Assembly: GCA_965215515.1 (NCBI GenBank)
Contig: OZ244057.1
Span: forward strand, 672,001-736,000
Direction of reading: 5' to 3'
Length of the DNA stretch: 64,000 nucleotides
Origin: Oligoflexales bacterium
GTDB taxonomy: Bacteria; Bdellovibrionota_B; Oligoflexia; Oligoflexales; JAPPIL01
This document shows, in pieces, positions 35,060 to 44,281 of this stretch (its first letter is position 1; every line of letters begins with the position of its first letter). The translations under genes were made by a program, and so were the position numbers. The notes below the pieces were generated by a model. That model did no database searches. It had not been told where the DNA came from and saw nothing but the letters and a program-made list of their open reading frames with translations.

Positions 35060-35330
35060 GGGGCTACGCTCCCGATACCCCCATTGAGGGAAGGTTAGGG
35101 GTTTCACCCCTAAGACCCCGACAAAGGGGCAAAGCCCCTTTGAACCCCTGTGTAGGGAAGAAGAAAAAGGAAGGGAGAGTTAGGGCGCTGCCCCAAACCC
35201 CGCCAACTTTTTGTAAAAAGTTGGATCAAAAACTTTTGGCTGGGAAAGGAGAGGAGAAGGAAAGGAGAGTTAGGGGTTTCACCCCTAAGACCCCATAAGC
35301 TTTTTATAAAAAGCTTGACCAAAAATTTTT
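35060..35330. repeat. Cluster of five GGGG-loop-CCCC-n-ACCCC palindromic units (REP/MITE-like)
   Basis: Identical 26-mer GTTAGGGGTTTCACCCCTAAGACCCC at 35094 and 35269; further hairpins at 35122-35142, 35203-35224 and 35297-35316. Confidence 0.88.
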
Positions 35331-35345
35331 AATTGGAAGTTAGCT

Positions 35346-38300
35346 ATGAAACACAACCTAATACCACTTACACTCGCACACGAAGTAAAAGAAAACGTGC
35401 TCGGCTACCTCAAAACCACCTACAATATCAATAACCAAAAATTCAGCACCGCCCTTGAAACGTTCTTCCAAAAAAATCTTTGCCATCCTCCCTACATAGA
35501 TATCAAACTACCCTTCAAACTCGCACATACACACACACCTAACATCGACTTAAACCTATCCTTCACCCCCTACGAACACCAAACACAAGCCATGCAAAGA
35601 CTATCCAGTAAAAATAAACAACCGACCAATACCATCATCACCACAGGCACAGGCTCTGGTAAATCAGAATGCTTCTTCATCCCCATCATCGACCACTGCC
35701 TGCGGCAACACCAGCAACGCGGTATCAAAGCAATACTTATCTATCCCATGAACGCCCTCGCTAACGATCAAGCCAGCCGTATCGTAGAATTTTTATTCAA
35801 CAATCCACAAATAACACCTGACAAAACGAAACTCCCCCTCGTCTCCGCAGGTATGCTCATCGGTGAAGCTCGCGATCAACGCGACAGATGTAAAATTATG
35901 CACAAAACCTATCAAGACGGCAAAGAAACCTACCGCATCATCGACGACCGCCACACACTGATCGCTAACCCCCCCGATATTCTCCTCACCAATTACAAAA
36001 TGCTCGACTATCTGTTGATGAAACCAGAATTCGCTAACCTCTGGCAACAATCAGCGACCCTACAATACCTCGTGCTTGACGAAATGCATACCTACGATGG
36101 CGCACAAGGTGCTGACGTTGCCTTTCTTATCAGACGCTTAAAAGCCAAACTCAACCTCAATAACATTACCTGTGTCGGCACTTCCGCCACCCTTGCCAGT
36201 AACACCGATAGCAAAACACCCCTAACAACCTTCGCCGAAAAACTCTTCGGCGAAACATTTACCCATGACAATATCATCACCGAAACACGCCAAACTGTGG
36301 CAGAAGTTTTTCAAAATATCGACAGCTCTATACATACCATACCACCCGATACCCAAGCACTAGACTATCGCCCATACAAGACACTAGCAGAATATCTGCA
36401 AGCTCAAACAACGCTGTGGTTTGCAAATACAGAAATTAACAGCAATACCGAACTTGCCCAATATATCAAACGTCATACCTTAACACATGCCTTGATTGAA
36501 ATTTTTTCTGAAGCTGGCCAGCCCATGACAGAACAAGACATGCTGCAAAAATTAGCTGACAAAGGCTATCAACTCTCAAGCGCACAACTTGCTAGCTACC
36601 TTGCCCTCCTTGTCCATGCCCAGAAAGATAAAACTGCAAACGCACCTCTCTATCACGTGCGTATACAACTGTGGTTGCGAGAATTGCGTCGCCTGCTCGT
36701 ATCTTTGGATAACGATAATCCTAAATTTACTTGGCAAGAAGATATAGATGAAAACAACAAACAAGCCTATCTTCCACCCGTTTTTTGCGAAGAATGCGGT
36801 GAAGTTGGCTATCTCAGTGCCTGTCAACGTGATGAGCTCATCTTGAATGACATCAACCGCATCTACAAACTATATGCTATGCGTGATGAAAACGTCCGCT
36901 ACCTGTTTCCACAGCAAACATCTGATCCTATTGATAGCTCAAAAATAAAAATTTGCTCGATCTGTGCCTATGTTGAGCCTGAAGATATCGTCATCCAACA
37001 ACATGATGCCTGCCCGCACGATCAAGGTATCTGGCAACGTTTTACCTGTTATCAAGCTGTATCGGAAGAAAATAAATGTGATAAACGTCGCTGCCCCGCA
37101 TGCGCTACTAACGACGCTTTACGCCTTGTCGCTAGTCGGGTTACAACATTGAGCAGTGTCATCAATAGCCAGCTATATCTGTCTACCTCAAACCCGCCTG
37201 CTTCGAAGAAACTGCTGGTATTCTCTGATGCGGTGCAGGATGCTTCACATCGCAGCGGCTATTACAATGCTCGCACCTATCGCTTTAATTTTCGCACTGC
37301 AATTCAATCTTTTTTCAAAAGCCATCAGCACCAAACCTTTAAACTTAACGATGCTGCAGAAAAGTTTTTCACCTATTGGCAAACAAAAATTGGCGAGCAA
37401 AAGACCGTGGCAACCTTTACCCCCAGCGATTTACGTCGCTTGCCTGAATATCATGATTACTTTCACAGCAAAGGTAATGCTTTGCTTGCCCTGCTCAAAA
37501 AACGTATCGTGTGGGAATTTTATCTTGAATACTCGTTGCGTTCACAAGTAGGACGCACACTTGAAAAGACTCTATGCTCAGCCGTTTTTATCGACACCGA
37601 CCTTGCCGCTACCATAGATGCGACTTACGATGAAATTGCCAGTAACTATGAAGTTGCCCGTCACAGCAAACGAGAGGGTGGCTACCGTGCCTTCGTGTTC
37701 GGTATCGTCAAGCGGCTATTGATGAAAGGCGGTATCGCCCTTGACGTTATGCAGGCGTATCGTTACGAAGAAAACACATGGAAGCTAGGCAAAAATAACC
37801 GTGATCAACTGTGGATCAGCAACTTGCCTCGCGGTCGTATGCAACGCGGTAGCGATACAGGTGCATTGCCAAAATTCTTAACAACTAATAGTAATTCAAA
37901 AGTTTTTGAAAAAGTGCATACTGCCAACAATAACAGCAACTGGCATTGTCTGTGGTTGGAGAAAATTTTTGACTGGCAACGTGCACACTTTTCGCCACAA
38001 GAATTTCATCGTCTGTATACCGACATTCTCTGTGCCTTAAGCAAGGCAGGTATCTTGCATAAAATAGAAAACGGCAAGAAGGACTATAGTAATTTTGGCA
38101 TTGCCCCCCAACACCTTGCTGTGTCAACGGAAGTAATTAAACTACAGTGTGGCACATGCTATCATAAAATCGTGGTAGCACAACAGCAAGTTGACCTGTG
38201 GCAAGGGTTGCCCTGTCTTGCTGCTCGCTGTGCAGGGAGCTATGAGCTACAGACAGAAGCAAACGCTGAACAAATGTACTACCGCCGTATCTACGAAGCT

Positions 38301-41300
38301 GGCGAGGTTGAGCGCATCTTTGCTTATGAACACACGGGATTGTTGGGACGCAAGCGACGGGAAAAAATTGAAGCTGAATTCAAAAACAACACAGATAGGC
38401 ATGCGGATGCCATCAACCTATTGTCCTGCACGCCAACTTTGGAGATGGGTATAGATATTGGCGATCTGTCAGCGACCGTCGTTGCTTCGTTGCCACGCAG
38501 TACCGCAAATTATCAACAGCAGGTTGGACGAGCGGGGCGCAAATCAGGTGCATCGCTTATCGTCGCCATTGCCCAAGCTAAACCACGTGATCTGTTACAT
38601 TTTCAAGAGCCGCAAGAACTGATTGCAGGCAATGTGCAACCGCCAGGCTGTTATCTCAACGCGGTAGACATGCTGCGCCGTCAAGTGCTCGCCTATCTGC
38701 TTGATACGTGTTTTGAGCAGATAAGAGGTAATAACAAACTAACCCTAGCAACCTTGCACGAAGAATATCTGCAAAAAATAAACGGCAGTGGTATTATGCT
38801 GAATTTACAGAAATTGCTTGCGGCACATGGTGATGAGTTGTTGCAAAACTTTTACAGACAACTGCAAGATAAGATTGCAGAACATACATGGCAAGAGACA
38901 CGAGATTATTTTTTAGAAAGAGACACTATGGATAACGTGGTAAAAAATTTGCGCGCGACAGTGGGCAACTATGACAAGGCTTTGGCTGAAATTGTGCCAA
39001 AGCTAAAAGAGGTGCAGAGTGAAATTAAAAAACTTACAAAAAAGAACGTAACTAGTGATGAAGATAGAAAAAATTTGCGAGAATTGCATCGTGAGCAAGC
39101 AGGCTTGTTAGCACAGAAGGGTTCTATCGGAGGTGAGGATAGTTTCTTTGCCTTTCTTACTCGTAATGGCTTTCTGCCCAACTATGCTTTTCAGGAGCAG
39201 GCAGTTGAGTTGAAGGGTGTTATTATTGATAGTAGAGATGGAAAGAAGAGCATCAGCACGGAGAGCTTCGAGCGTCCTGCGAAGATGGCTCTGCGTGAAT
39301 TTGCGCCAGGCAATACTTTTTATGGGGGAGGGTATAAAATGCAAATCGACCGTTTGAACATCGGTACACCGAAAAAAACATTGATCGAAGAGTGGCGAGC
39401 CTGTCACTTATGTGGCTATCTCGCCCCTAATCGTGAAGATGAGCGCATTAATTGCCCTAAGTGTAATGATCACATGTGGTCGGATGAGGGACAGAAACTG
39501 AAGATGCTGAAAATTTCACAGGTGGTATCTGTCGAGGACGTGTTATCTAGTCATGTTGGTGATGAGGCAGATGAGCGTGATAAGAAAATTTTCAGGATAA
39601 GATCCTACTTTGATATTGACAAAACCAGTGTGCAACAAACACTTGCCCCTAAAAATGATTTTGTTTTTGGTATTGAGTTTCTTTCCCGTGTGAAGTTGCG
39701 GGAAATAAATTTTGGGGAGGAGAAACCAGCTGCTGATGAAATAAAAATTGCTGGTGACAAACAGCCGCGTGGCTTTACTATTTGTAATCGCTGCGGTCGC
39801 TTACAAAAAGATGGTGACGACAAGCCACAGCATACATCTACTTGTCCTTATCGTAAACACACTACTAACGTTGACCGTGCTAGCACACGTGGTCATGAGC
39901 GGCTTGTGTTGTTTAGAGAGCTGCAATCGGAAGCGATACGAGTGTTGTTGCCTGTGTCCGAATACGACTCAGAGATACGGATGACTTCGATCAAGGCAGC
40001 ATTGCTTTTAGGGTTTCAAGAAAAATTCGGCGGCAAACCACTACATCTTGAGATTGAAGAGCAGAAAGTTATTACGCCGCTCGGTAGCAATATGCCACGT
40101 CGTTATCTTGTTATGTTTGATGCAGTACCAGGCGGTACGGGGTTTTTGCGTGATTTGTGGGATAAAGATTCTTTCTTTGAGTTAGTTGAAAAGGCTTATC
40201 AAAAGATTATCAGTTGTGCCTGCCAAGATGACCCTGAACGCAATGGTTGCTTACATTGTGTTTTCAGTGGAGTTAGTCAATTTGAAATTCCCCACGTCAA
40301 GCGAAATGAGGCGGAAAAATATCTGCATAACATTCTTAAAAACAAAGAATACATGCAGGAGTTAGAGGGTAGTCTTGAAACTGTACCTATCGATAGTGTT
40401 CTTGATAGCGACCTTGAGCATCGTTTTGTCAGTCTGCTAAAAGACTGTGCAACAGGCAAGTATCGCAACAAACTAAAAGAAGCTGGAATTGCAATCAAAA
40501 ACTACTTTGCTCTTGATAAGCACGGAGCAAAATTTAGCATCAAGTATAAAGATCACGAACAACAATACACTATGCGGGCACAGCAAGCTTTGAACGCTGG
40601 GGAAAACAGAACCGTATGTGATTTTATTTTCAGACCCAATGCGAGGCACAGCAAGGCGCTTGCTTTGTTTCTGGATGGTTTTGAGTATCACGCGAACGTT
40701 AGCTCAGGCGATCGTTTTCAAACTGATTTCATTAAACGACAAGCATTGTGCAACGGCGAGGGAGTAGAGGCAATGCGTGTTTGGAACTTAACTTGGCGAG
40801 ATCTCAATGAATTTAAAAACTCCAGCAGTCAACATAGTATTAACTATCTTGGACAAAAGATCTCTCGCGGTCATGCTTTTGGCGACAATCACTTCTTGCT
40901 GCTGCTAAAACTACTGGCTGGCTACGAGCCTAGTGCTAATGATTGGAAAAACTTTTTGGAAAATAAAGGCGAAAAAATAAAAACAAACGAGCATTTTGTT
41001 GAACATTTGCAAGCACTAGCAGTTGATGCAGATGTCATCAACAACATCAACAAACTCGCTAAACATGACCCTGAAGGACTGTGGCAGACATTTCAGCTGA
41101 AGAGCAATAGTCATTATTTCGCCTATCTAATTAACAGTGAAACCAAAACGAAAGAAACGTTGCTGAGCACCGTTTCTCCACGCGATGCTCGTGCTGACGA
41201 CGAGTTCCGCCGTCGCTGGCATGATTTCCTGCATAGCTGGAACATTGCACAGATGTTTTCTGACAAAATGCACAGCAAAGTTTGGGCTGAGAGTGCCTAG
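35346..41300 (+). CDS. Large SF2 DEAD/DEAH helicase with DUF1998 (YprA/MrfA/DruE-like) and C-terminal nuclease-like domain
   Basis: TGTGSGKSE, YPMNALANDQ, DEMHTYDGAQG, GTSAT, TPTLEMGIDIG, QQVGRAGR, many CxxC pairs, DAVPGGTG...CAC...GCLHC, and CDF...LFLDGFEYH. Confidence 0.93.
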   Translation: MKHNLIPLTLAHEVKENVLGYLKTTYNINNQKFSTALETFFQKNLCHPPYIDIKLPFKLAHTHTPNIDLNLSFTPYEHQTQAMQRLSSKNKQPTNTIITTGTGSGKSECFFIPIIDHCLRQHQQRGIKAILIYPMNALANDQASRIVEFLFNNPQITPDKTKLPLVSAGMLIGEARDQRDRCKIMHKTYQDGKETYRIIDDRHTLIANPPDILLTNYKMLDYLLMKPEFANLWQQSATLQYLVLDEMHTYDGAQGADVAFLIRRLKAKLNLNNITCVGTSATLASNTDSKTPLTTFAEKLFGETFTHDNIITETRQTVAEVFQNIDSSIHTIPPDTQALDYRPYKTLAEYLQAQTTLWFANTEINSNTELAQYIKRHTLTHALIEIFSEAGQPMTEQDMLQKLADKGYQLSSAQLASYLALLVHAQKDKTANAPLYHVRIQLWLRELRRLLVSLDNDNPKFTWQEDIDENNKQAYLPPVFCEECGEVGYLSACQRDELILNDINRIYKLYAMRDENVRYLFPQQTSDPIDSSKIKICSICAYVEPEDIVIQQHDACPHDQGIWQRFTCYQAVSEENKCDKRRCPACATNDALRLVASRVTTLSSVINSQLYLSTSNPPASKKLLVFSDAVQDASHRSGYYNARTYRFNFRTAIQSFFKSHQHQTFKLNDAAEKFFTYWQTKIGEQKTVATFTPSDLRRLPEYHDYFHSKGNALLALLKKRIVWEFYLEYSLRSQVGRTLEKTLCSAVFIDTDLAATIDATYDEIASNYEVARHSKREGGYRAFVFGIVKRLLMKGGIALDVMQAYRYEENTWKLGKNNRDQLWISNLPRGRMQRGSDTGALPKFLTTNSNSKVFEKVHTANNNSNWHCLWLEKIFDWQRAHFSPQEFHRLYTDILCALSKAGILHKIENGKKDYSNFGIAPQHLAVSTEVIKLQCGTCYHKIVVAQQQVDLWQGLPCLAARCAGSYELQTEANAEQMYYRRIYEAGEVERIFAYEHTGLLGRKRREKIEAEFKNNTDRHADAINLLSCTPTLEMGIDIGDLSATVVASLPRSTANYQQQVGRAGRKSGASLIVAIAQAKPRDLLHFQEPQELIAGNVQPPGCYLNAVDMLRRQVLAYLLDTCFEQIRGNNKLTLATLHEEYLQKINGSGIMLNLQKLLAAHGDELLQNFYRQLQDKIAEHTWQETRDYFLERDTMDNVVKNLRATVGNYDKALAEIVPKLKEVQSEIKKLTKKNVTSDEDRKNLRELHREQAGLLAQKGSIGGEDSFFAFLTRNGFLPNYAFQEQAVELKGVIIDSRDGKKSISTESFERPAKMALREFAPGNTFYGGGYKMQIDRLNIGTPKKTLIEEWRACHLCGYLAPNREDERINCPKCNDHMWSDEGQKLKMLKISQVVSVEDVLSSHVGDEADERDKKIFRIRSYFDIDKTSVQQTLAPKNDFVFGIEFLSRVKLREINFGEEKPAADEIKIAGDKQPRGFTICNRCGRLQKDGDDKPQHTSTCPYRKHTTNVDRASTRGHERLVLFRELQSEAIRVLLPVSEYDSEIRMTSIKAALLLGFQEKFGGKPLHLEIEEQKVITPLGSNMPRRYLVMFDAVPGGTGFLRDLWDKDSFFELVEKAYQKIISCACQDDPERNGCLHCVFSGVSQFEIPHVKRNEAEKYLHNILKNKEYMQELEGSLETVPIDSVLDSDLEHRFVSLLKDCATGKYRNKLKEAGIAIKNYFALDKHGAKFSIKYKDHEQQYTMRAQQALNAGENRTVCDFIFRPNARHSKALALFLDGFEYHANVSSGDRFQTDFIKRQALCNGEGVEAMRVWNLTWRDLNEFKNSSSQHSINYLGQKISRGHAFGDNHFLLLLKLLAGYEPSANDWKNFLENKGEKIKTNEHFVEHLQALAVDADVINNINKLAKHDPEGLWQTFQLKSNSHYFAYLINSETKTKETLLSTVSPRDARADDEFRRRWHDFLHSWNIAQMFSDKMHSKVWAESA

Positions 41301-41490
41301 AACATTTAGTTCTATTCGCATTTTGTAAGTTTTTAACTTCGTGGCGAGGGTCTTGAACACCATAAGGATTTCGAGCCATCTAAAGATGATCTATCGCTTG
41401 AATTTGGTGACGAAGCGATCCTCGCTTGTATTGGAGGAGTTGCGGGCTTTGTTCCAGCAGATGCCTTGCTTGACGGTGAATTTGCGCAAG

Positions 41491-42420
41491 TTACAGCTCG
41501 ATAATTTTTGAGAGTAGGCGCCGCGGTAGATGTGATAGTATTTCGTCTGTAATCCTATTGAGTTCCATCTTGGCTATTGTTGGTTGCACGACTACTGAGG
41601 CATGAAAGCGTTTTTTCTGTGCGTGTTGGCTACTCGTTTGTGCCGCTTGTGTGCTGGCTAGTGTTGGTTGTTGCTGGACAGGAGGTGATTTTTGTTGATG
41701 CGTAACATCTGCTTGCACCAGCAAGGCTCTGTCGTCGATAATCACGTGTGTTGGCATACCGATCCTCAGCCTGTCATAATGATCACCACCTTTGCTGCGT
41801 GCATAGCCAAACTCTCCGCCAACAACACCCTTCTCGATGGTTTTACGCAGTACTTCTTCGCTTTCTAGGCGAGGAAAATAGATGTGACTAGCAAGATCGG
41901 CAAAAATTTTAGTTATCAGAACATCGCTGACATCATTTTTGAAATAGTATTTTTGGAGAACGGTGCGCAAGTTGTTAGCCGCCCAATCTTTGACAACCCA
42001 GTCCATACTTATTATTTTATCATCAATAACAGACAGTAGTTGTGCTTTGGATGTGTCAATTTTTTCGTACTCCCACTCGGTGTCGCTACTGCCATCTACA
42101 CGATAAGCATTCATCAAAAAGCAATATGCTTCTCTCACTGTTTGTACAAAGACTTTATTCTCTTTGTTGCAGTTATTCTCGGTTTCTCTCTTTTGATAGA
42201 TATCGAGATTTATTTTCTCGTCGTTGATGTCATCGACAATTGATTGCCAAGCTAGATAAGTTGAACTGTTATCTTTTAGCCTAGTAATAGCAGAATGATC
42301 GATAACAAAAAACAGCAAACGGTTTCTTTTCTGGCGCAATTGTGTACCTCGCTTTTGTAGAAATTCATGTGCCTCTTGTTCGAGTTGAGAATTGTCACCA
42401 GTATTTAAGCTAAAGTCAGG
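41491..42420 (-). pseudogene. C-terminal fragment of a DUF499 ATPase
   Basis: RGTQLRQKRNRLLFF, YLAWQSIVDD, YFPRL...VLRKTIEKGV...FGYA, RFHASV...ITDEILSHL; N-terminal ATPase part and extreme C-terminus missing. Confidence 0.75.
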
Positions 42421-42721
42421 GTGTCCGTGGCGATGTGTGCCTGAAAAATACGGCGACTGGCGAGCACTGCACAAACGCTTTACGGCCTGGGGAAAGAGCG
42501 GTAAGCTGCAATCTGTCTTTGACAGCTATTTGCTACATTGTGATCTGGGCAACGTGTCCATAGACGCTACGATCGTCAAGGCACATCAACACAGCAGCGG
42601 TGCTCGCAAAGGCGAAGAGGCCGCTATCGGCAAGTCAGTTGGTGGCCACACGACGAAGATTAGTATGGTAGCAGACAATATGGCTCGACCTGTTGATTTT
42701 GTCATTACCGAAGGGCAGTAG
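42392..42721 (+). mobile_element. IS5-family transposase internal fragment
   Basis: SGCPWR.VPEKYGDW...HKRF.AW, IDATIVKAHQHSSGA, IGKSVGGHTTKI; truncated at both ends. Confidence 0.88.
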
Positions 42722-42982
42722 CAAGGTAGCACAAAATACTATGCTAGCCCAACCTCCTACACTCACACAACAGCTTGGGCTGAGCCACAGGCGGACATCG
42801 CCTCTGACAACGAGTGCCTGAAGACACACCGACTTAGGCAACAACGCTGATTTACCTGCGGAACTCAGGAGGAAAATCAAGGATACGCTAGCTAACGCCC
42901 GTACCGAGCGGGAGAAGAACGATACTACCGTTCGTCATCTAAAACTCGTTACACAGCCTCAAGAGCCACTATGATTGAGCAG

Positions 42983-44278
42983 TCACTTTGCTGCGGTGGC
43001 TGGCGGTGTGCACTGCACTTGGGCGCGCTGGATACGGTTATTATCGACTTGTGTGATCTTGATGGTCACTGAGCCGATCTGCACTGTCTGCCCTACCTCT
43101 GGCATCTCGCGTATTACTTGTGTCAGCAGACCTGCGAGAGTATCAGCTTCTTCTTGCAGTTGTTCCTCGATGACTGCTTCGGGCAGTTTGAAGAACTCGG
43201 TGAACTCGTCGATACTGATTGCTCCCGCCACCTCGTAAGTGCCATCACTGCTACTCTTGATTTTTTCTTCTTCCGAATCGAATTCGTCCTGAATATCACC
43301 GACGATTTCCTCGATAATATCTTCCATCGTTACCACTCCTGCCATGCCACCGTGTTCGTCGATGACCACCGCTAACTGGTTGCGGTCGCGTTTGAGCTGT
43401 TTGAAGACATGGATGACCTTGTTCGATTCAGGTACGAAGTAAGGCTCGCGCATAATACTGCGAATTAGGGTGGATTTTGCTTCGCTGCAAAGCGAAGCTT
43501 TGAGCAAGTCTTTAGCCAGGATAACCCCGATAACGTTATCGATACGCTCTTCGTAAACAGGCAGACGGGACATGCCTGTGGAGATGGTCTTGTCTACCAC
43601 CGCGGCAAAGCTCTCGTTGATGGAGACCGCGATCACATCGGGACGCGGAGTCATGATCTCCCTGACTGCTTTGTCGTCAAAGTCAAAAACTCCTGAAATC
43701 ATTTGCTTTTTTGTGTCCTCGATCACGCCGTGTTCTTCACCCACGTTGACCAGAAACTCCAGCTCATCTTCGGTGATCGGTGGTTTTGCCTTTTGTTCCT
43801 CACTGCCCAACGCCCGCAGCACCCAGTCGGTAAATTTCGACAGTGCCCAGATCAGCGGCCACGTCCCGAAACAGAAGACCTTGACAATCCGCATTACCAG
43901 CACGGCAATGCGCTCGGCATGCACCTTGGCGAACGATTTGGGGATTATTTCACCGAAAACTAACACCAGAAAGGTGGTGATGCCCGTGGCGATACCGACC
44001 GCACTGCTCTGAAACCAGCGGGTCGCCAACTCGGTCGCCAGCGCGGAAGCGAAGATATTAACCGCGTTGTTGAACACCAAAATCGTCGTCAACACCTTGC
44101 CAGGCTCGTCGAGCCAATACTGCAAGGGATGGTAACGTTTCGACTGCTCGATAAGGTGTTTTACTTTCAGAGCAGCGAGGGAAGTCAAGGCTGTCTCACT
44201 GGAAGAGAAGAAAGCCGAGAACAACAAACAGCCCAGAATAAGCAGCAGACTCGTGATGTCGCCCGCGGCTGCCTCCAT
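42983..44278 (-). CDS. Hemolysin-family HlyC/CorC membrane protein (DUF21 + CBS + CorC)
   Basis: SAFFSSSETAL, FGEIIPKS, REIMTPR, SRLPVY, DEHGG, VGDIQDEFD. Confidence 0.93.
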   Translation of the reverse strand: MEAAAGDITSLLLILGCLLFSAFFSSSETALTSLAALKVKHLIEQSKRYHPLQYWLDEPGKVLTTILVFNNAVNIFASALATELATRWFQSSAVGIATGITTFLVLVFGEIIPKSFAKVHAERIAVLVMRIVKVFCFGTWPLIWALSKFTDWVLRALGSEEQKAKPPITEDELEFLVNVGEEHGVIEDTKKQMISGVFDFDDKAVREIMTPRPDVIAVSINESFAAVVDKTISTGMSRLPVYEERIDNVIGVILAKDLLKASLCSEAKSTLIRSIMREPYFVPESNKVIHVFKQLKRDRNQLAVVIDEHGGMAGVVTMEDIIEEIVGDIQDEFDSEEEKIKSSSDGTYEVAGAISIDEFTEFFKLPEAVIEEQLQEEADTLAGLLTQVIREMPEVGQTVQIGSVTIKITQVDNNRIQRAQVQCTPPATAAK

Positions 44279-44281
44279 CGC

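Larger units (their letters stand above)
23752..42982. mobile_element. AT-rich genomic (defence) island between acnA and the HlyC/CorC gene; boundaries approximate
   Basis: Visible drop in GC; helicase, methyltransferase and Schlafen cargo; recombinase, IS5 and DUF499 remnants; housekeeping genes on both sides. Confidence 0.8.

Noticed and set aside
35041..35322. ORFs 35041..35298 (+) and 35110..35322 (-)
   Set aside because: Translations of the palindromic repeats; not protein-like.
28153..41300. Calling the trio canonical DISARM, BREX or a type I/III restriction system
   Set aside because: No DrmC PLD nuclease, no separate DrmB, no PglZ or BrxC, and no HsdS or Res subunit in the window.
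23698..41350. 10-bp match GTGGCGAGGG at the acnA 3' end (23698) and just after the helicase (41341) as attL/attR
   Set aside because: Too short to exceed chance, and island-like sequence continues to about 42.98 kb.
42722..42975. Possible short coding remnant after the IS5 fragment
   Set aside because: No start or recognisable motif; treated as island debris.
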